Counted from the stretch's first letter, positions 16,305 through 26,929 are shown. The stretch is 64,000 nt of DNA from Verrucomicrobiota bacterium (GCA_039818205.1 JBCBUK010000011.1:32001-96000); one strand, 5' to 3'. The notes: generated by a model not told the origin, from the letters alone. A program made the numbers and translations.

Positions 16305-18200
16305 GTGAGTCAGAGCAAAATACATGATTTAGTTTTAGACGACCTGAGCGACCGGGAAAGCTGGGAGCAAAAGCAGCGTATTTGGTATCAGATGCGGCAC
16401 AACGGTTTGCGCCGTAAGAACAAACCTTATCCACACGCTGCCGATTTGCACTTTCCGCTTATTGACGGCCAGATACGGCAGTTCAAGCCCTTCTACATCA
16501 ATCAAGTTTGGTCCGGGGAATTGCTCGCGAACTTTACCCACCTTCGCGGGGACCGTCAGCTAGCGAACCTTTCCGCTCAGCGGCTGCATTGGGAAATCAA
16601 GAACCGGACGAACTTTTCGCATGAGATACACTACCTGGTTGATGCGATGCTTTTGCGGGGGCGGGGAATTTTCAAGACCGTTTGGGATCCATTCAAGCAG
16701 CGGATCGAATACGTAAGCGTTGAACCGCTCAACTTGATTGTTCCGAAAACGGCAAACGAGATCGAAGATGCGGACCGCTTTACGCACGTGCGCATTGAAA
16801 CGGTGGAGAGCTTCCGCCGTGATCGCCGCTATAATCAAGACGCCAAGAGCGACGAGGTCATTACGCTTTTGACCGGTCGCCCGAACGATCACGACGGGGG
16901 CGATATGGAGACCGCTAAAGCCGTTCGTGAAGGCCTAACCTTTACCCATCACAAAGACGAAATTGTCGTTTGGGAAGTCTACGAAAAGACCCCGGGCGGA
17001 TGGACGATTTACACTTACTGCCCAACGAATCCGGATATCCGAATTCGGCAAAGCATGGGCGTCGTTTACAAATGGGGCAATGAGACGCTTTGCCCATTCG
17101 TATCGTTCCCGTTTGAGCGCAAGGACAAGGGCTGGTATTCGCCTCGCGGCCTCGCTGAACTACAGGCAGCAAACGAAACCTACCTAAGCAAGCTCTGGAA
17201 CACAAAGTGTGATTCCCTCGATTTCACGAGCAAACCGCTTTTCCGGGGTAAAGGGGGGATGGATGGAAACGCCAAAATCACTTTTAACCCGGGCGAGATC
17301 TTCCCCGAAGGTATCGAGCCGGTCCAGTTTCCAAAGCCCGCGATGTCGATTGACCAGGAGATGATGCAAACCCGCATGATTGCCGAGCAGCTGGTTGCCG
17401 CCCCTGATCTAAACGGCGGAAGCCGTGAACAGTCCGGAGACACTAAGAAAACCGCGCGTGAGGTCGAAGCGCGCATGGCCTTGATGAACCAGGGTATTTC
17501 GATGAATGGCCGCTTGTTCCGCGAGGATCTTGCCAAGGTTTACAAGTTGACATGGGCAATCATGCTCCAGTTTCAAGACAAGATAGGCCGTGATTTTGTG
17601 GTTGATGGCGAGGTGCAAGCACTGCCAGACAAAGCCTTGAGCCATGATTACGAGATTGCACCGGAAGGAAGCCCTGACGATTGGCATCCGCAAATGCGTC
17701 TACAGCGCGGCCAGCAACGTCTTGCGTTGTGGAAGGGGCACCCGAACATCAACCAAGCCGAGCTCGCAAAGACAACGCTCGAAGACGATGACCCAGCATT
17801 AGTTAAGCGTCTCCATGTGGACGATGCACAGCGCAGCGCCACGCAGGCCGAAGAACAGGCCAGCGAAATTGTTATCATGAAAGAAGGGTTCCCGGCTGCG
17901 GTAACGGAGAATGACGATCATCAGATTCATGCGACCACGCTAATTCAATACCTCGAGAAAGAGGACATGGCAGGGGCGCCAGTTGATCCGCGGGCGCAAG
18001 AGGTCATGCAGCAACACCTTGCCTTACACCTTCAATACTTGGGCAAACAAAACCCTCAAGCAGCCAGAGAGGTGCAAGGCCAACTGCAGCAGATGGTTCA
18101 GCAATCGGCCCAACGTGAACAGATGGCCGCGGCAAACCCACAACAGCCCGTTAACCAGCCGCCAAGCATCGACGGCATGCAAGAAAGGATAATCGCATGA
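16305..18200 (+). CDS. Portal protein (P22/podovirus-like)
   Basis: 631 aa after terL; GRGIFKTVWD, KTAREV motifs; Q-rich C-terminus. Confidence 0.85.
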   Translation: MSQSKIHDLVLDDLSDRESWEQKQRIWYQMRHNGLRRKNKPYPHAADLHFPLIDGQIRQFKPFYINQVWSGELLANFTHLRGDRQLANLSAQRLHWEIKNRTNFSHEIHYLVDAMLLRGRGIFKTVWDPFKQRIEYVSVEPLNLIVPKTANEIEDADRFTHVRIETVESFRRDRRYNQDAKSDEVITLLTGRPNDHDGGDMETAKAVREGLTFTHHKDEIVVWEVYEKTPGGWTIYTYCPTNPDIRIRQSMGVVYKWGNETLCPFVSFPFERKDKGWYSPRGLAELQAANETYLSKLWNTKCDSLDFTSKPLFRGKGGMDGNAKITFNPGEIFPEGIEPVQFPKPAMSIDQEMMQTRMIAEQLVAAPDLNGGSREQSGDTKKTAREVEARMALMNQGISMNGRLFREDLAKVYKLTWAIMLQFQDKIGRDFVVDGEVQALPDKALSHDYEIAPEGSPDDWHPQMRLQRGQQRLALWKGHPNINQAELAKTTLEDDDPALVKRLHVDDAQRSATQAEEQASEIVIMKEGFPAAVTENDDHQIHATTLIQYLEKEDMAGAPVDPRAQEVMQQHLALHLQYLGKQNPQAAREVQGQLQQMVQQSAQREQMAAANPQQPVNQPPSIDGMQERIIA

Positions 18201-18601
18201 CCCTAAAGGCTTTGATTCTTCGCTTCCTAATGAGCGAAAGCGAGTATGCCGTTTGGCTTGAGCTGAACCGGCTGACACCGCACGCGCGCCGAGATTACGA
18301 GATGCCTTGGAGCGATGACGATGCGGCAAAGTGGAAAACGCTGATTGCTAGCCCGTGGGGTCAAAGGATGCAGGCATGTATGCGGATAGCCGAGCATGAG
18401 GCGAACCGAGAGGCGACCACCAAGACGGGGCGCTTTCCCGACAATGCGCTATGGTATGCCGGAGCCGCCGCCGGAAAGCGCGGCGCATTCGCCTGGCTAA
18501 CAGAAATACTTTCGGCACCGGTGAGCCGTGAAGAACCGGAAGAACCCGCGCAGGAATCCGCTGAGGACGTGGCGACCCTGCACGAACGATATCGTCCATA
18601 A
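18197..18601 (+). CDS. Small protein between portal and scaffold
   Basis: ATGA-coupled to the portal; conserved podovirus position. Confidence 0.65.
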   Translation: MTLKALILRFLMSESEYAVWLELNRLTPHARRDYEMPWSDDDAAKWKTLIASPWGQRMQACMRIAEHEANREATTKTGRFPDNALWYAGAAAGKRGAFAWLTEILSAPVSREEPEEPAQESAEDVATLHERYRP

Positions 18602-18612
18602 AGACTCAGACT

Positions 18613-19590
18613 ATGAGCACTGATAATCAAGAAACGCCAGAGACCATCGAGGCACCCGCCGAGCAGAATCAAGAGGTAGATCTAAGCGCCGAGCGCGAAG
18701 ATATCCTACGCGATTTGCGCGGTGAGGCTCCGGAAGCCATTGAGGAATCGGAACCCTTAGACGATCAAGTCGAGGCGCAAGCAAACCAACCGAAAGAAGA
18801 ATCCGACACGCCGGCACCTGAAAAGCAGGAACCGGCTACAACCGACAAAGCACCCAGCAAATACGAGCAGGCCCAACAGAAAGAACAAGAACGCAAAGAT
18901 CGGTCCTGGAGGAAGCTTAACGAGCAAAAGGAAAAACTCGAGGAAGAGCGAGAAGCCTTTGCCCGTGAGCGGTCCGAATGGGAACAAGGTCGTCAGCAGA
19001 ACCAACGCCAACAGAATAGCTCTGAATTGACGCCGGATGATTTCCGGCAAGCAGCGGTTCAATGGCGCCGGGATGCTGAAGAGGCAGAAAAAACGGGCGA
19101 TCTTGACAAGGCTGCCGCGTTGAGAAGTCAAGCTGAAGCTGCCGAGCAACATGCATCGAAGATTACGAGTATGCCCGCACAGGATGAGCAGAACACTCGC
19201 GAGTCGTTCGAAAGCCAGTATCGTGCACAGCTGAAGCAACAGCAGATCGACGGCTGGCAAGTTCAGGTTCAAAAGTATCCGGAACTGCGCCAGAAAGGCA
19301 GCGAGCTGAATAGCGCTGTTGTTGGGATCTATAAGCAGCATCCAGGCCTTAATCAAACACCTGACGGGCCAGCGGTAGTCATGGAGCTGATTGAACTACG
19401 CAAAACGGGTGCCCGCGTGTCGGATTTGGAAGCGGACAAAAATAAACTTACGCAGCGCGTGGCCGAGCTAGAGGCTGCCCTGTCGCCAGGCGGCGGCGGT
19501 GCGCCCCCAGGCCCAAGCGATCCGAAGCCGTTTGACTCTCTGTCGATGGAGGGACAACGAGCATCAATCTTGAACGATATCGATCGCTAG
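18613..19590 (+). CDS. Putative capsid scaffolding protein
   Basis: Acidic, coiled-coil, 325 aa, immediately before the capsid gene. Confidence 0.75.
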   Translation: MSTDNQETPETIEAPAEQNQEVDLSAEREDILRDLRGEAPEAIEESEPLDDQVEAQANQPKEESDTPAPEKQEPATTDKAPSKYEQAQQKEQERKDRSWRKLNEQKEKLEEEREAFARERSEWEQGRQQNQRQQNSSELTPDDFRQAAVQWRRDAEEAEKTGDLDKAAALRSQAEAAEQHASKITSMPAQDEQNTRESFESQYRAQLKQQQIDGWQVQVQKYPELRQKGSELNSAVVGIYKQHPGLNQTPDGPAVVMELIELRKTGARVSDLEADKNKLTQRVAELEAALSPGGGGAPPGPSDPKPFDSLSMEGQRASILNDIDR

Positions 19591-19635
19591 GCCAGCAACC
19601 ACGTGCGGCGCAGAACATAAGGAGATAAAAACATC

Positions 19636-20643
19636 ATGGCAATGGAGACCACAACCAATCCAGCCAGCGTCGCAAATCGCCAGCAGCGCTACTTTGACCG
19701 CATGCTGTTGGAACACGCGGTAAACGAATTGCGTCTTTCCGAATTCGCAATGAAGCGGGATTTGCCCCGAAAAATGGGCACCCTTGACATGCGCTTTTTC
19801 CGTCGGCAGGTCGCTGACGAATCAAACGTTGTCACCTTGACCGAAGGCACGCCGCCAAACCAATACGTTGAAAACGATATGGAGCACGTCGACGTGACTC
19901 TTGCTCAGCTGGGCGAAGTTACGAAGCTTTCCGATATCCGCAGCGAGATTGATATCTTCAACGCGCTTGATCAGAACATCGAGCTGATGGCTGAAGATGC
20001 GGCCTTGAAGTGCGATAGTATTGTCCGCAATGCAATCTTGTCGGGTATGTTGAACTCCGACAATGTTCACGAACGTTTCGGCGCGATTACACCAACCGGT
20101 GATTCATCGGCGGATTTCACGACTCTCGATCCCGCGGCAGCGGCATCGCACCAAATCACAAGGGCCCGTGCACTTGGTAACCTAACGGCCCTCAAAGTCG
20201 CTAAGGCCCCTCGTTATAACGGGAACTACATCTGTATCCTGCCGCCACAGTTGGAGCATGACATGCGCCAAGACTCCACGATCGAAGCAGCATGGACACG
20301 CAGCGACGTGAAGAAGCTGTATGCCGATGAACTTGGCGTCGTTGATGGCATTCGCTACGTGAGTGCAACGAATCCGTTCATCGAGTCAAACACCTACGGC
20401 ACCTATAACGCCGCCGGAGATATCTTTGCCGCTCTTTTCTTCGGCAAAAATGCGTTCGGTTGCCCGAAGCTGAAGGGAACTAGCAGCCCCCACAAGCCAA
20501 GCGTGATTATCAATGATAAGCCCGACAAGAGCGACCCATTGAATCAGTTCATCGTTGCTGGCTGGAAGGCACTCTACGCTGGCGTCCTGTTAAATAGCGC
20601 GTTCTGCACCGTGCACCGTTTCAAGTCAACCTGGCAGGGCTGA
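19636..20643 (+). CDS. Major capsid protein (N4-gp56-like)
   Basis: LTEGTPP, ELGVVDGIRYV, DKSDPLNQ...GWK; GGAG RBS. Confidence 0.9.
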   Translation: MAMETTTNPASVANRQQRYFDRMLLEHAVNELRLSEFAMKRDLPRKMGTLDMRFFRRQVADESNVVTLTEGTPPNQYVENDMEHVDVTLAQLGEVTKLSDIRSEIDIFNALDQNIELMAEDAALKCDSIVRNAILSGMLNSDNVHERFGAITPTGDSSADFTTLDPAAAASHQITRARALGNLTALKVAKAPRYNGNYICILPPQLEHDMRQDSTIEAAWTRSDVKKLYADELGVVDGIRYVSATNPFIESNTYGTYNAAGDIFAALFFGKNAFGCPKLKGTSSPHKPSVIINDKPDKSDPLNQFIVAGWKALYAGVLLNSAFCTVHRFKSTWQG

Positions 20644-20669
20644 TTTTTCTATATCGTCGTTAGTTAACA

Positions 20670-20699
20670 GGGGGGCCGGGACAAGGTGCCCGGTTCCCC
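20670..20699 (+). terminator. Hairpin after the capsid gene
   Basis: GGGGGCCGGG...CCCGGTTCCCC inverted repeat. Confidence 0.45.
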
Positions 20700-20719
20700 G
20701 CAAATTCAGTTAGTTAGTC

Positions 20720-20971
20720 ATGAAAGAAATCTGCGTTAACACCACCAGCCTTTCCGCTCCAGGCGAAGGCGAACAAATGATACCGCCAGAGAATGGCGAC
20801 CGCATCAGCGTTCAGATTGAGGGAATCGTGTCCCGGATCGAAGGCGATCGAACCTATATCAACGCGGAGACCGCCAACGGCGAGCCACTACCAGAGGAGC
20901 TGGCCCCGATGGAAGAACCGAGCCTAGACGCCGAACGCGCGGCGCTCGAAGCCGAAATGGAGAAATACTAG
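20720..20971 (+). CDS. Small acidic protein, possibly capsid-associated
   Basis: 83-aa ORF after the capsid gene. Confidence 0.65.
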   Translation: MKEICVNTTSLSAPGEGEQMIPPENGDRISVQIEGIVSRIEGDRTYINAETANGEPLPEELAPMEEPSLDAERAALEAEMEKY

Positions 20972-20974
20972 GCC

Positions 20975-21163
20975 ATGAACAAACTAACGAAGAATCCAGC
21001 AACAGTTGGGAGTCTAAGCGGGCTAGCCGGTTTCGCGCTTGGTCTTTTTTCGGGAGATTTTTCCAACGATGTCACCGGCAAAATAATTTTCGGCCTAGTG
21101 GTCTGCTTCATCATTGGAGCCGTCTCTTGGGTCACAGTCCAAAACAACAAGAACAACCCATAA
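20975..21163 (+). CDS. Two-TM small membrane protein, holin-like
   Basis: Two hydrophobic segments in 62 aa. Confidence 0.55.
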   Translation: MNKLTKNPATVGSLSGLAGFALGLFSGDFSNDVTGKIIFGLVVCFIIGAVSWVTVQNNKNNP

Positions 21164-21747
21164 TGAAACAGCATATCGCTTTTCTCACTATTGCCGCGCT
21201 AATTAGCGTGTTCGTCCTGACCGGTTGCATCGGAACGCCAGACAGCAAGCCTGGCAAAATGATCATTGTGCAGGAGACGACGCTCGGAGAATACGAATCT
21301 AAAACGACGGTCGAAGTTCCTCAAGATGTCCGCGGCGGTCTTTTCTACTTCGAGGGCCCAACACTCGACAGCGATCTTGAAAACCTTGAGGATCTCGGCG
21401 AACTCGCACAGGTGCTTTCCACTCAGGAGCAAGAAGCCTTTAAGAATCTTGTTGCTTCAGGAGCCGACGATGAGACGAAACACAGTTGGCTTGTCGAGCT
21501 ATTCGGAGACAAAGGCTACATCGTGCATTCGCCGGTATTGGATAAATCACACCGAGGTTTCCGAGTGCTCTTGATCAATGGAGAGATCGAAAACAATCCG
21601 GAAGTAATTGCCGCGACCGTCGAACTCTCAAAGGCGATTAGCGAGAATAACAAAGAAGCTATGATGCATTCTTTAACGGTGCTCAAAGAACTGGGTGTCG
21701 AGCTAGGGCCGCAAATTATCGAACAGTTAGTCACGCCGGGGCTTTAA
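21163..21747 (+). CDS. Lipoprotein
   Basis: MKQHIAFLTIAALISVFVLTGC signal peptide and lipobox; ATG at 21163. Confidence 0.7.
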   Translation: MKQHIAFLTIAALISVFVLTGCIGTPDSKPGKMIIVQETTLGEYESKTTVEVPQDVRGGLFYFEGPTLDSDLENLEDLGELAQVLSTQEQEAFKNLVASGADDETKHSWLVELFGDKGYIVHSPVLDKSHRGFRVLLINGEIENNPEVIAATVELSKAISENNKEAMMHSLTVLKELGVELGPQIIEQLVTPGL

Positions 21748-21750
21748 GCA

Positions 21751-22002
21751 ATGATTCGTATTTTCATTTTAGGTTTGGTATTGGTTCTGGGGGCAGCTTG
21801 CACTGACCCCCAGCCACCAATACCAGCGCCGGTTACGGGAGAAATCAGTGTGGTTCGTGAGATCGAGCTGACTGAGAACCTAGCGCTTGCTTACAAAGCG
21901 GATCCCGAAACCGACCCATCTACGATACTGCCTGAAGGCCTCAAGCCTTCCGTTGAATCAAGGATCATCAACCAAGCAAAATCAATCGCCCGTATCGAAT
22001 GA
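21751..22002 (+). CDS. Small Pro-rich lipoprotein, o-spanin-like
   Basis: MIRIFILGLVLVLGAAC lipobox followed by PQPPIPAP. Confidence 0.6.
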   Translation: MIRIFILGLVLVLGAACTDPQPPIPAPVTGEISVVREIELTENLALAYKADPETDPSTILPEGLKPSVESRIINQAKSIARIE

Positions 22003-22190
22003 AGGCAGCTTTAAACATGTTTGTTGATTCCGAGGCCTTAAGCCGCCTCGAGTCCGGAAGCTACGATTCAATCGTATTGCACCGAAAGAATGATCATTGG
22101 CAGGTGAGGACCTACGCAGCGGGTGGTGAACCAATCAAAGTAAAACTCGAAATTCAAGCAGATGAGTGTCCGGAAACAGTTGAGGAATAA
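21999..22190 (+). CDS. Hypothetical protein
   Basis: 63-aa coupled ORF. Confidence 0.5.
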   Translation: MKAALNMFVDSEALSRLESGSYDSIVLHRKNDHWQVRTYAAGGEPIKVKLEIQADECPETVEE

Positions 22191-23010
22191 GACTTGGCGC
22201 ATTCGCCGGCGTTTTGATCGGACGCCAAAGGTCACGAAGATGCTTGGCCTGAAGGTGTCCGACAGGCCAACGGGTTTGCCAAGCTATAAACCATTTGGTG
22301 GACCGATGAAAGATCGTGAAGACATCGGCCACTTGCGCCCGGGCGAGCTTCGCTATCAATACAGGACGAGCGCATGTGTCGGTTTTGCAGGCGCAACCGC
22401 AATTGGTATTTTAGCAACTCAGTTCCTTGCAAATCCAAGTCGAGTACCACAATTCTCGGCCTTCTGGAACTACTGGTTTGCTCGCGATGAGTGGGGAATC
22501 ACCAACAAGGATGAGGGGAGTTTTGTCGAAGATGGCATTCGAGTAATGGAAAAGTTTGGGGCGGTCGATGTCCGTTGGATGGATGACGACACCCACCCAT
22601 TGGAAGCTCCGCCGAGAGTTCCCGAAGAAGAGCGTTTTCGCATAACCGATCACCGAGAGATTAGACTTTGGAATGCATCCGACCGTGCGCATGCTGCTGA
22701 AGCAATTTGTGACTGCATTTCGAATGGTCTGCCGGTGATTATTGGAATCGCAACGGCCCATGCCGTGAACAGTTCTACTCAACGCACGGGGCGCTTTACG
22801 GTTCCAGCAAATCTTAGTGGCATTCACCCCGATCATGCAGTTTGCATCGTAGGCTTTTTCTTTGATCAGGGAAAGTTGTGGTTTCGATTCGAGAACTCTT
22901 GGGGCACGCGCTGGGGTGATCATGGCTACGGATACTTTCCAGCAGAGTATTTGCTGCATAGTGCGCTCAGTCTTTCGGCTCAAACATTCAGTTTCGATTA
23001 TCAATTCTAA
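22162..23010 (+). CDS. Papain-like (C1A) cysteine peptidase; start may be 22240
   Basis: Q...SACVGFA (catalytic Cys), DHAVCIVG (His), FENSWGTRWGDHGYGY (Asn). Confidence 0.9.
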   Translation: MSVRKQLRNKTWRIRRRFDRTPKVTKMLGLKVSDRPTGLPSYKPFGGPMKDREDIGHLRPGELRYQYRTSACVGFAGATAIGILATQFLANPSRVPQFSAFWNYWFARDEWGITNKDEGSFVEDGIRVMEKFGAVDVRWMDDDTHPLEAPPRVPEEERFRITDHREIRLWNASDRAHAAEAICDCISNGLPVIIGIATAHAVNSSTQRTGRFTVPANLSGIHPDHAVCIVGFFFDQGKLWFRFENSWGTRWGDHGYGYFPAEYLLHSALSLSAQTFSFDYQF

Positions 23011-23022
23011 TCTTAATTAACT

Positions 23023-23214
23023 ATGCCTCCAAACAACGATAGACAGCTGGGCTGGAAAGCCTTTTTCGTAGCTCTTGCTTTGCTTCAAACGGTAACGATG
23101 GGAATCGGATGGCGCGTATACGATACCGTAACCTCTAACAGTATGAAGCTTGTCGAAATAGAAACGCGACAAGAAGAGGCTATCATACCGCGCTTGGAGG
23201 CGTTGGAGAGGTAG
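23023..23214 (+). CDS. Single-TM small protein, holin-like
   Basis: One TM followed by a short coiled coil. Confidence 0.5.
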   Translation: MPPNNDRQLGWKAFFVALALLQTVTMGIGWRVYDTVTSNSMKLVEIETRQEEAIIPRLEALER

Positions 23215-23216
23215 TC

Positions 23217-23486
23217 ATGCCGCTTTATAATTACAGAAACTGCATTACGGGTGAAGTTGAGGAGCACTTCCGAACGATTGCCGAACGTGATATGGTTCCG
23301 GGACACCTCAAGCGCGAATTCGTGATGCCCCGGATGCAGATACAGACTGGCGCGCCGGATCCTGATGATTCTGACCATGCCGCCCCGCGCGCATTGAAGG
23401 AAATTGAAGAGAAGCACGGGGCTGACTATGTAGCCCGTGAAACGGGATACAGCACGAAACAACTAAAGGAAATTTGGGGTAGCTAA
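23217..23486 (+). CDS. FmdB-like small protein
   Basis: [26 protein letters not shown]-terminus. Confidence 0.6.
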   Translation: MPLYNYRNCITGEVEEHFRTIAERDMVPGHLKREFVMPRMQIQTGAPDPDDSDHAAPRALKEIEEKHGADYVARETGYSTKQLKEIWGS

Positions 23487-24130
23487 TGTCTGTTGAAATC
23501 CAGACTCCACTTTTAGCGCGCCAGCGGCAAACATTCGAGGCTGCCGCTCCGGCGGATGCATCAAGCGTGCAAGGAAATTTGGACGAGCACGAAGCAGAAC
23601 CGAATCCGCATAGCGATAGTGCCTCACAGACATCGTTGACTGCCCATGAGGGTGCGGCAAACCCGCATTCTGGTAGTCAGGCACAAGACGCCATACTTGA
23701 TGCGTTGGCGGCGCTGACGACCGCCGCTGATCAGCTAATCTATTGCACGGGATCCGATAGCCTGGCTCTTACCGCATTTACGGCATTTGCCCGTAGTCTT
23801 CTTGATGATGTCGACGCAGCGGCGGCGCGTTCCACTTTGGGCGCTGTTGGCAATACCGGTGAGGAAAGCATCTTCGGTGACAAAACTTTTAGCGGGGCGA
23901 CTCAGTTTGCGGGAGTTGGATTTTTTAATACCAACCCGACAACGACGCAGCCAAGCAGCGCGGATCAAGCGGATCCGGGTGAACTGGAAACCGCGGATCT
24001 ACCAGTCGACAGCAGTTATGTTCAAAGCGAAATACAGGCGCTGAGAGACGAAATCGTGAACACTAGAATTTTAGCACGCGCCTTGCGCGATGCCCTCGTA
24101 ACCCTTGGAGCAATGAAAGGAAGCGCATAA
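23486..24130 (+). CDS. Virion fibre-like protein
   Basis: HE..NPHS repeats; [18 protein letters not shown] fibre motif. Confidence 0.65.
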   Translation: MSVEIQTPLLARQRQTFEAAAPADASSVQGNLDEHEAEPNPHSDSASQTSLTAHEGAANPHSGSQAQDAILDALAALTTAADQLIYCTGSDSLALTAFTAFARSLLDDVDAAAARSTLGAVGNTGEESIFGDKTFSGATQFAGVGFFNTNPTTTQPSSADQADPGELETADLPVDSSYVQSEIQALRDEIVNTRILARALRDALVTLGAMKGSA

Positions 24131-24131
24131 A

Positions 24132-26918
24132 ATGAGCCTACCAACCATTCAACGGATCACCGCCGATGACGAAGAGATCAATCGAGAAAAATGGAACACC
24201 AATGCTGATGCGATTCAGATCGTCTATTTGGCTAGTGGGCGAAAGATTGATACCTTCGCGAATTTGCGCGCACTAAGCGGCGATGAGCTGAGCGGTAGTG
24301 TCACGGTGCTAGGAAAAAGTGCAGTAGACGACCAGCTTGGCGGAATCTTCTATTGGAACTCGGGCTCAATTGCAGTTGACGATGATAAGGATACGTTGGC
24401 ACCTGACTCGGGAGGAACTGGGCGCTGGCTGCGACTGGTTACCGGTAAGGAAACCGACCTGCAGGCAGAAGTCAGCTCGATAAACAGTAGTATCGCCACG
24501 ATCGAAACTGAAAAGGCAAACGCTGACGGCAGCAACCTGACATCGGAATCGGTCAACGAAGGAAACCTTGATGCGACGTCGCAGGCAAAGCTAAACGCGA
24601 ATGATGGTGCGTTTCAAAGCTATCACGATTGCACAGGCTCCGCGCCGTCAACTGCAGGCCTCGTTGCAAACAAGGACTACTACCGAGTGCGTGTCGCAGG
24701 CAATGGCTTTACCGAAACAGATATCATGCTCTTCAATGGGGGTTCCGCTGGTGACTATACGGACTTTACTGCCGTTCCCAATTCGGCCCCTTTACCTGCC
24801 GATAAATCGATAACTCAGAAGAAACTTGATGTCGGCTTGTCGAGACGTTGGGACAGCGCCGCTGATAGCATCTGGGTAGGAAGTGTCTCAAATCCCACAG
24901 CCACAAGTTTCGATGTGACGGCGGGCGTATCTCAGGTTGCACGGTATTTCTTCGATGTATTCGAAGGCCAAGTTGTAAGGGTGAGTTTCAACGCTACTTC
25001 ATTGGTAGGGTTGAGTTCGCTAACTTTGCGAGAAAGCAACGTGTCAACCGTCATGGGTGACAAAAATTTTGGAATCAATGATCTCATGGTCGGTGATAAC
25101 ACCATTGAATTTGTTGCCCAAAAAGACCAGACGAACGCATGTGTAATATTCACCTACGGGTCTTCAAATACCGGTGCCACCGTAACAAATACCAGGATCG
25201 ATGTTTACGGAGACGATGATTCGGAAATTCGAGAAAACCGAAGCAATCGTTCTGACGTGGACTCAATTTCAGCGGTATGGGGAGGACGCACATTTCGCAC
25301 GACTCGCTTTGTCAGATCCGGAGACGTGGCAAATGCACTGTCTGATGGCTTTACGGTTCCAGCTAACGAGAATTCAACCGGCTATTACGGCAATTTCACG
25401 GTCGCGATTGGGCAAACCGTCACCTTGACCTTCGATTGTGACGACGGCTCAGCGATCAGCCAGATCCGGTTATCTGAGCTAGATGGCACGGTCGCATCGA
25501 ACCAAGTATTTGGAACCTTCTTAACTGGTAGCAATACCGTTGTGCTAACATCGATCTTCGCCGGAGAGGTTCGTGTTCAGTTCGTTGTCGCTGCATCAGG
25601 GTCGAATGTTAATATTACCAACTTTCGATGCTTTGTTCATGGTCCGGGTGAAGCGCGCTTACTGGCCGTTGAAACACTTGCTCAGACGAACTCGACCAAC
25701 AATCAAATTCAAGATGGGCGTATTGATGAGCTAGATTCGTTGAGTGAATCGATTGATCACCTGGCGTTCTTTTCAAGTCTAGGAGGTTCCTTTTCGGATG
25801 GAAGCAGTGCCGTAGCTACAATGCCAGCTCTAGATTTTGGCACTAAAGATCACTCCGTCTCTGTGATCTGCGCTCGCCCGGCGCATAGTTCAATTGTTTG
25901 GTCGAACGTGAGCGCCAATCTTGGGGAACAGCTTTGGTGGAACGGAGACGGGACATTTACCCTGAAGATCGGCAACGGTGCCAATCTTACGACTCACGTC
26001 TTTACGACCACAAATCGAGCGCATGTATCGGTCGGCGAGCTTGTCCGAGTCTTCGTTACGATTCGTCGCGCGGGTGACATGGTGGTCTACATCAACGAAG
26101 TGCCGCTACACGCGATTGACGGCACTATCGAATTTCTTGATATTTCGAGCGCTTCCGCTCAAACGGTTTCGAGTGGCGCGAGCTGGAATTTTGGTTCCGA
26201 TGGTGCAAATCACTTTCCGTTTATGCTGTTAGGCATAGCGACTTTCGAAGAAGGCGCTCCACCATTCTCCGAGGTGGTTCGCCGCAAGAAGAATCCAGCT
26301 CTATGGCGCTCTACGGTTTATCGTTCAAAAGTCATACTTGATGATTTCAACTGGGATGATCTCAGCAGCCCCAATGCAGTTTTAACGAACAATGTTGATG
26401 ACCAAGCGGGAGAGGATGACTGGATACGGTTGGCACTGGAAGGCGATAGCGACAACACTACGCATTACCTCAATATTGCCAGTGGTGACGCCTGGTTTGA
26501 CAGCGTTGAAAATGGCGATGATTTGCGGATTGAACTATTGGTCTATGCTCCTGATTCGAATACGCTGGTAGACGCTTTACGGATCGACACAACGGCTAGC
26601 AGCTCTTCCGAAACGACTCAGCTTGTCGCCGTAGGATTCGATATGCCCACTGGTTATGCCTATAGGCTTACCGGCAGTGGAATCGTTTCGGGATGGTCCA
26701 CTGATATCGGACGTTTGCGAATATTTATGGGGTCATCTTCCAACACTTCAACCTTTGGCGATGGTGGGTCAACGGAGGCGATTTTCCTGAAACAACCGAT
26801 ACTATTCGTCAATGGCTTGAAGCGTATCATCGACTTTTCGGTATCGGGTTTGACGAAGCCCGATCTAATAGGGGGAAGTGACGCTAGTCGCGACTCAAAC
26901 GCTTCGGATTTAATCTAA
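24132..26918 (+). CDS. Tail fibre/spike (receptor-binding) protein, beta-rich with a LamG-like region
   Basis: N-terminal D..GG.FYW....DD....GRWLR tailspike head motif; 928 aa, S/T/G rich. Confidence 0.75.
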   Translation: MSLPTIQRITADDEEINREKWNTNADAIQIVYLASGRKIDTFANLRALSGDELSGSVTVLGKSAVDDQLGGIFYWNSGSIAVDDDKDTLAPDSGGTGRWLRLVTGKETDLQAEVSSINSSIATIETEKANADGSNLTSESVNEGNLDATSQAKLNANDGAFQSYHDCTGSAPSTAGLVANKDYYRVRVAGNGFTETDIMLFNGGSAGDYTDFTAVPNSAPLPADKSITQKKLDVGLSRRWDSAADSIWVGSVSNPTATSFDVTAGVSQVARYFFDVFEGQVVRVSFNATSLVGLSSLTLRESNVSTVMGDKNFGINDLMVGDNTIEFVAQKDQTNACVIFTYGSSNTGATVTNTRIDVYGDDDSEIRENRSNRSDVDSISAVWGGRTFRTTRFVRSGDVANALSDGFTVPANENSTGYYGNFTVAIGQTVTLTFDCDDGSAISQIRLSELDGTVASNQVFGTFLTGSNTVVLTSIFAGEVRVQFVVAASGSNVNITNFRCFVHGPGEARLLAVETLAQTNSTNNQIQDGRIDELDSLSESIDHLAFFSSLGGSFSDGSSAVATMPALDFGTKDHSVSVICARPAHSSIVWSNVSANLGEQLWWNGDGTFTLKIGNGANLTTHVFTTTNRAHVSVGELVRVFVTIRRAGDMVVYINEVPLHAIDGTIEFLDISSASAQTVSSGASWNFGSDGANHFPFMLLGIATFEEGAPPFSEVVRRKKNPALWRSTVYRSKVILDDFNWDDLSSPNAVLTNNVDDQAGEDDWIRLALEGDSDNTTHYLNIASGDAWFDSVENGDDLRIELLVYAPDSNTLVDALRIDTTASSSSETTQLVAVGFDMPTGYAYRLTGSGIVSGWSTDIGRLRIFMGSSSNTSTFGDGGSTEAIFLKQPILFVNGLKRIIDFSVSGLTKPDLIGGSDASRDSNASDLI

Positions 26919-26929
26919 ATTTTTGAACA

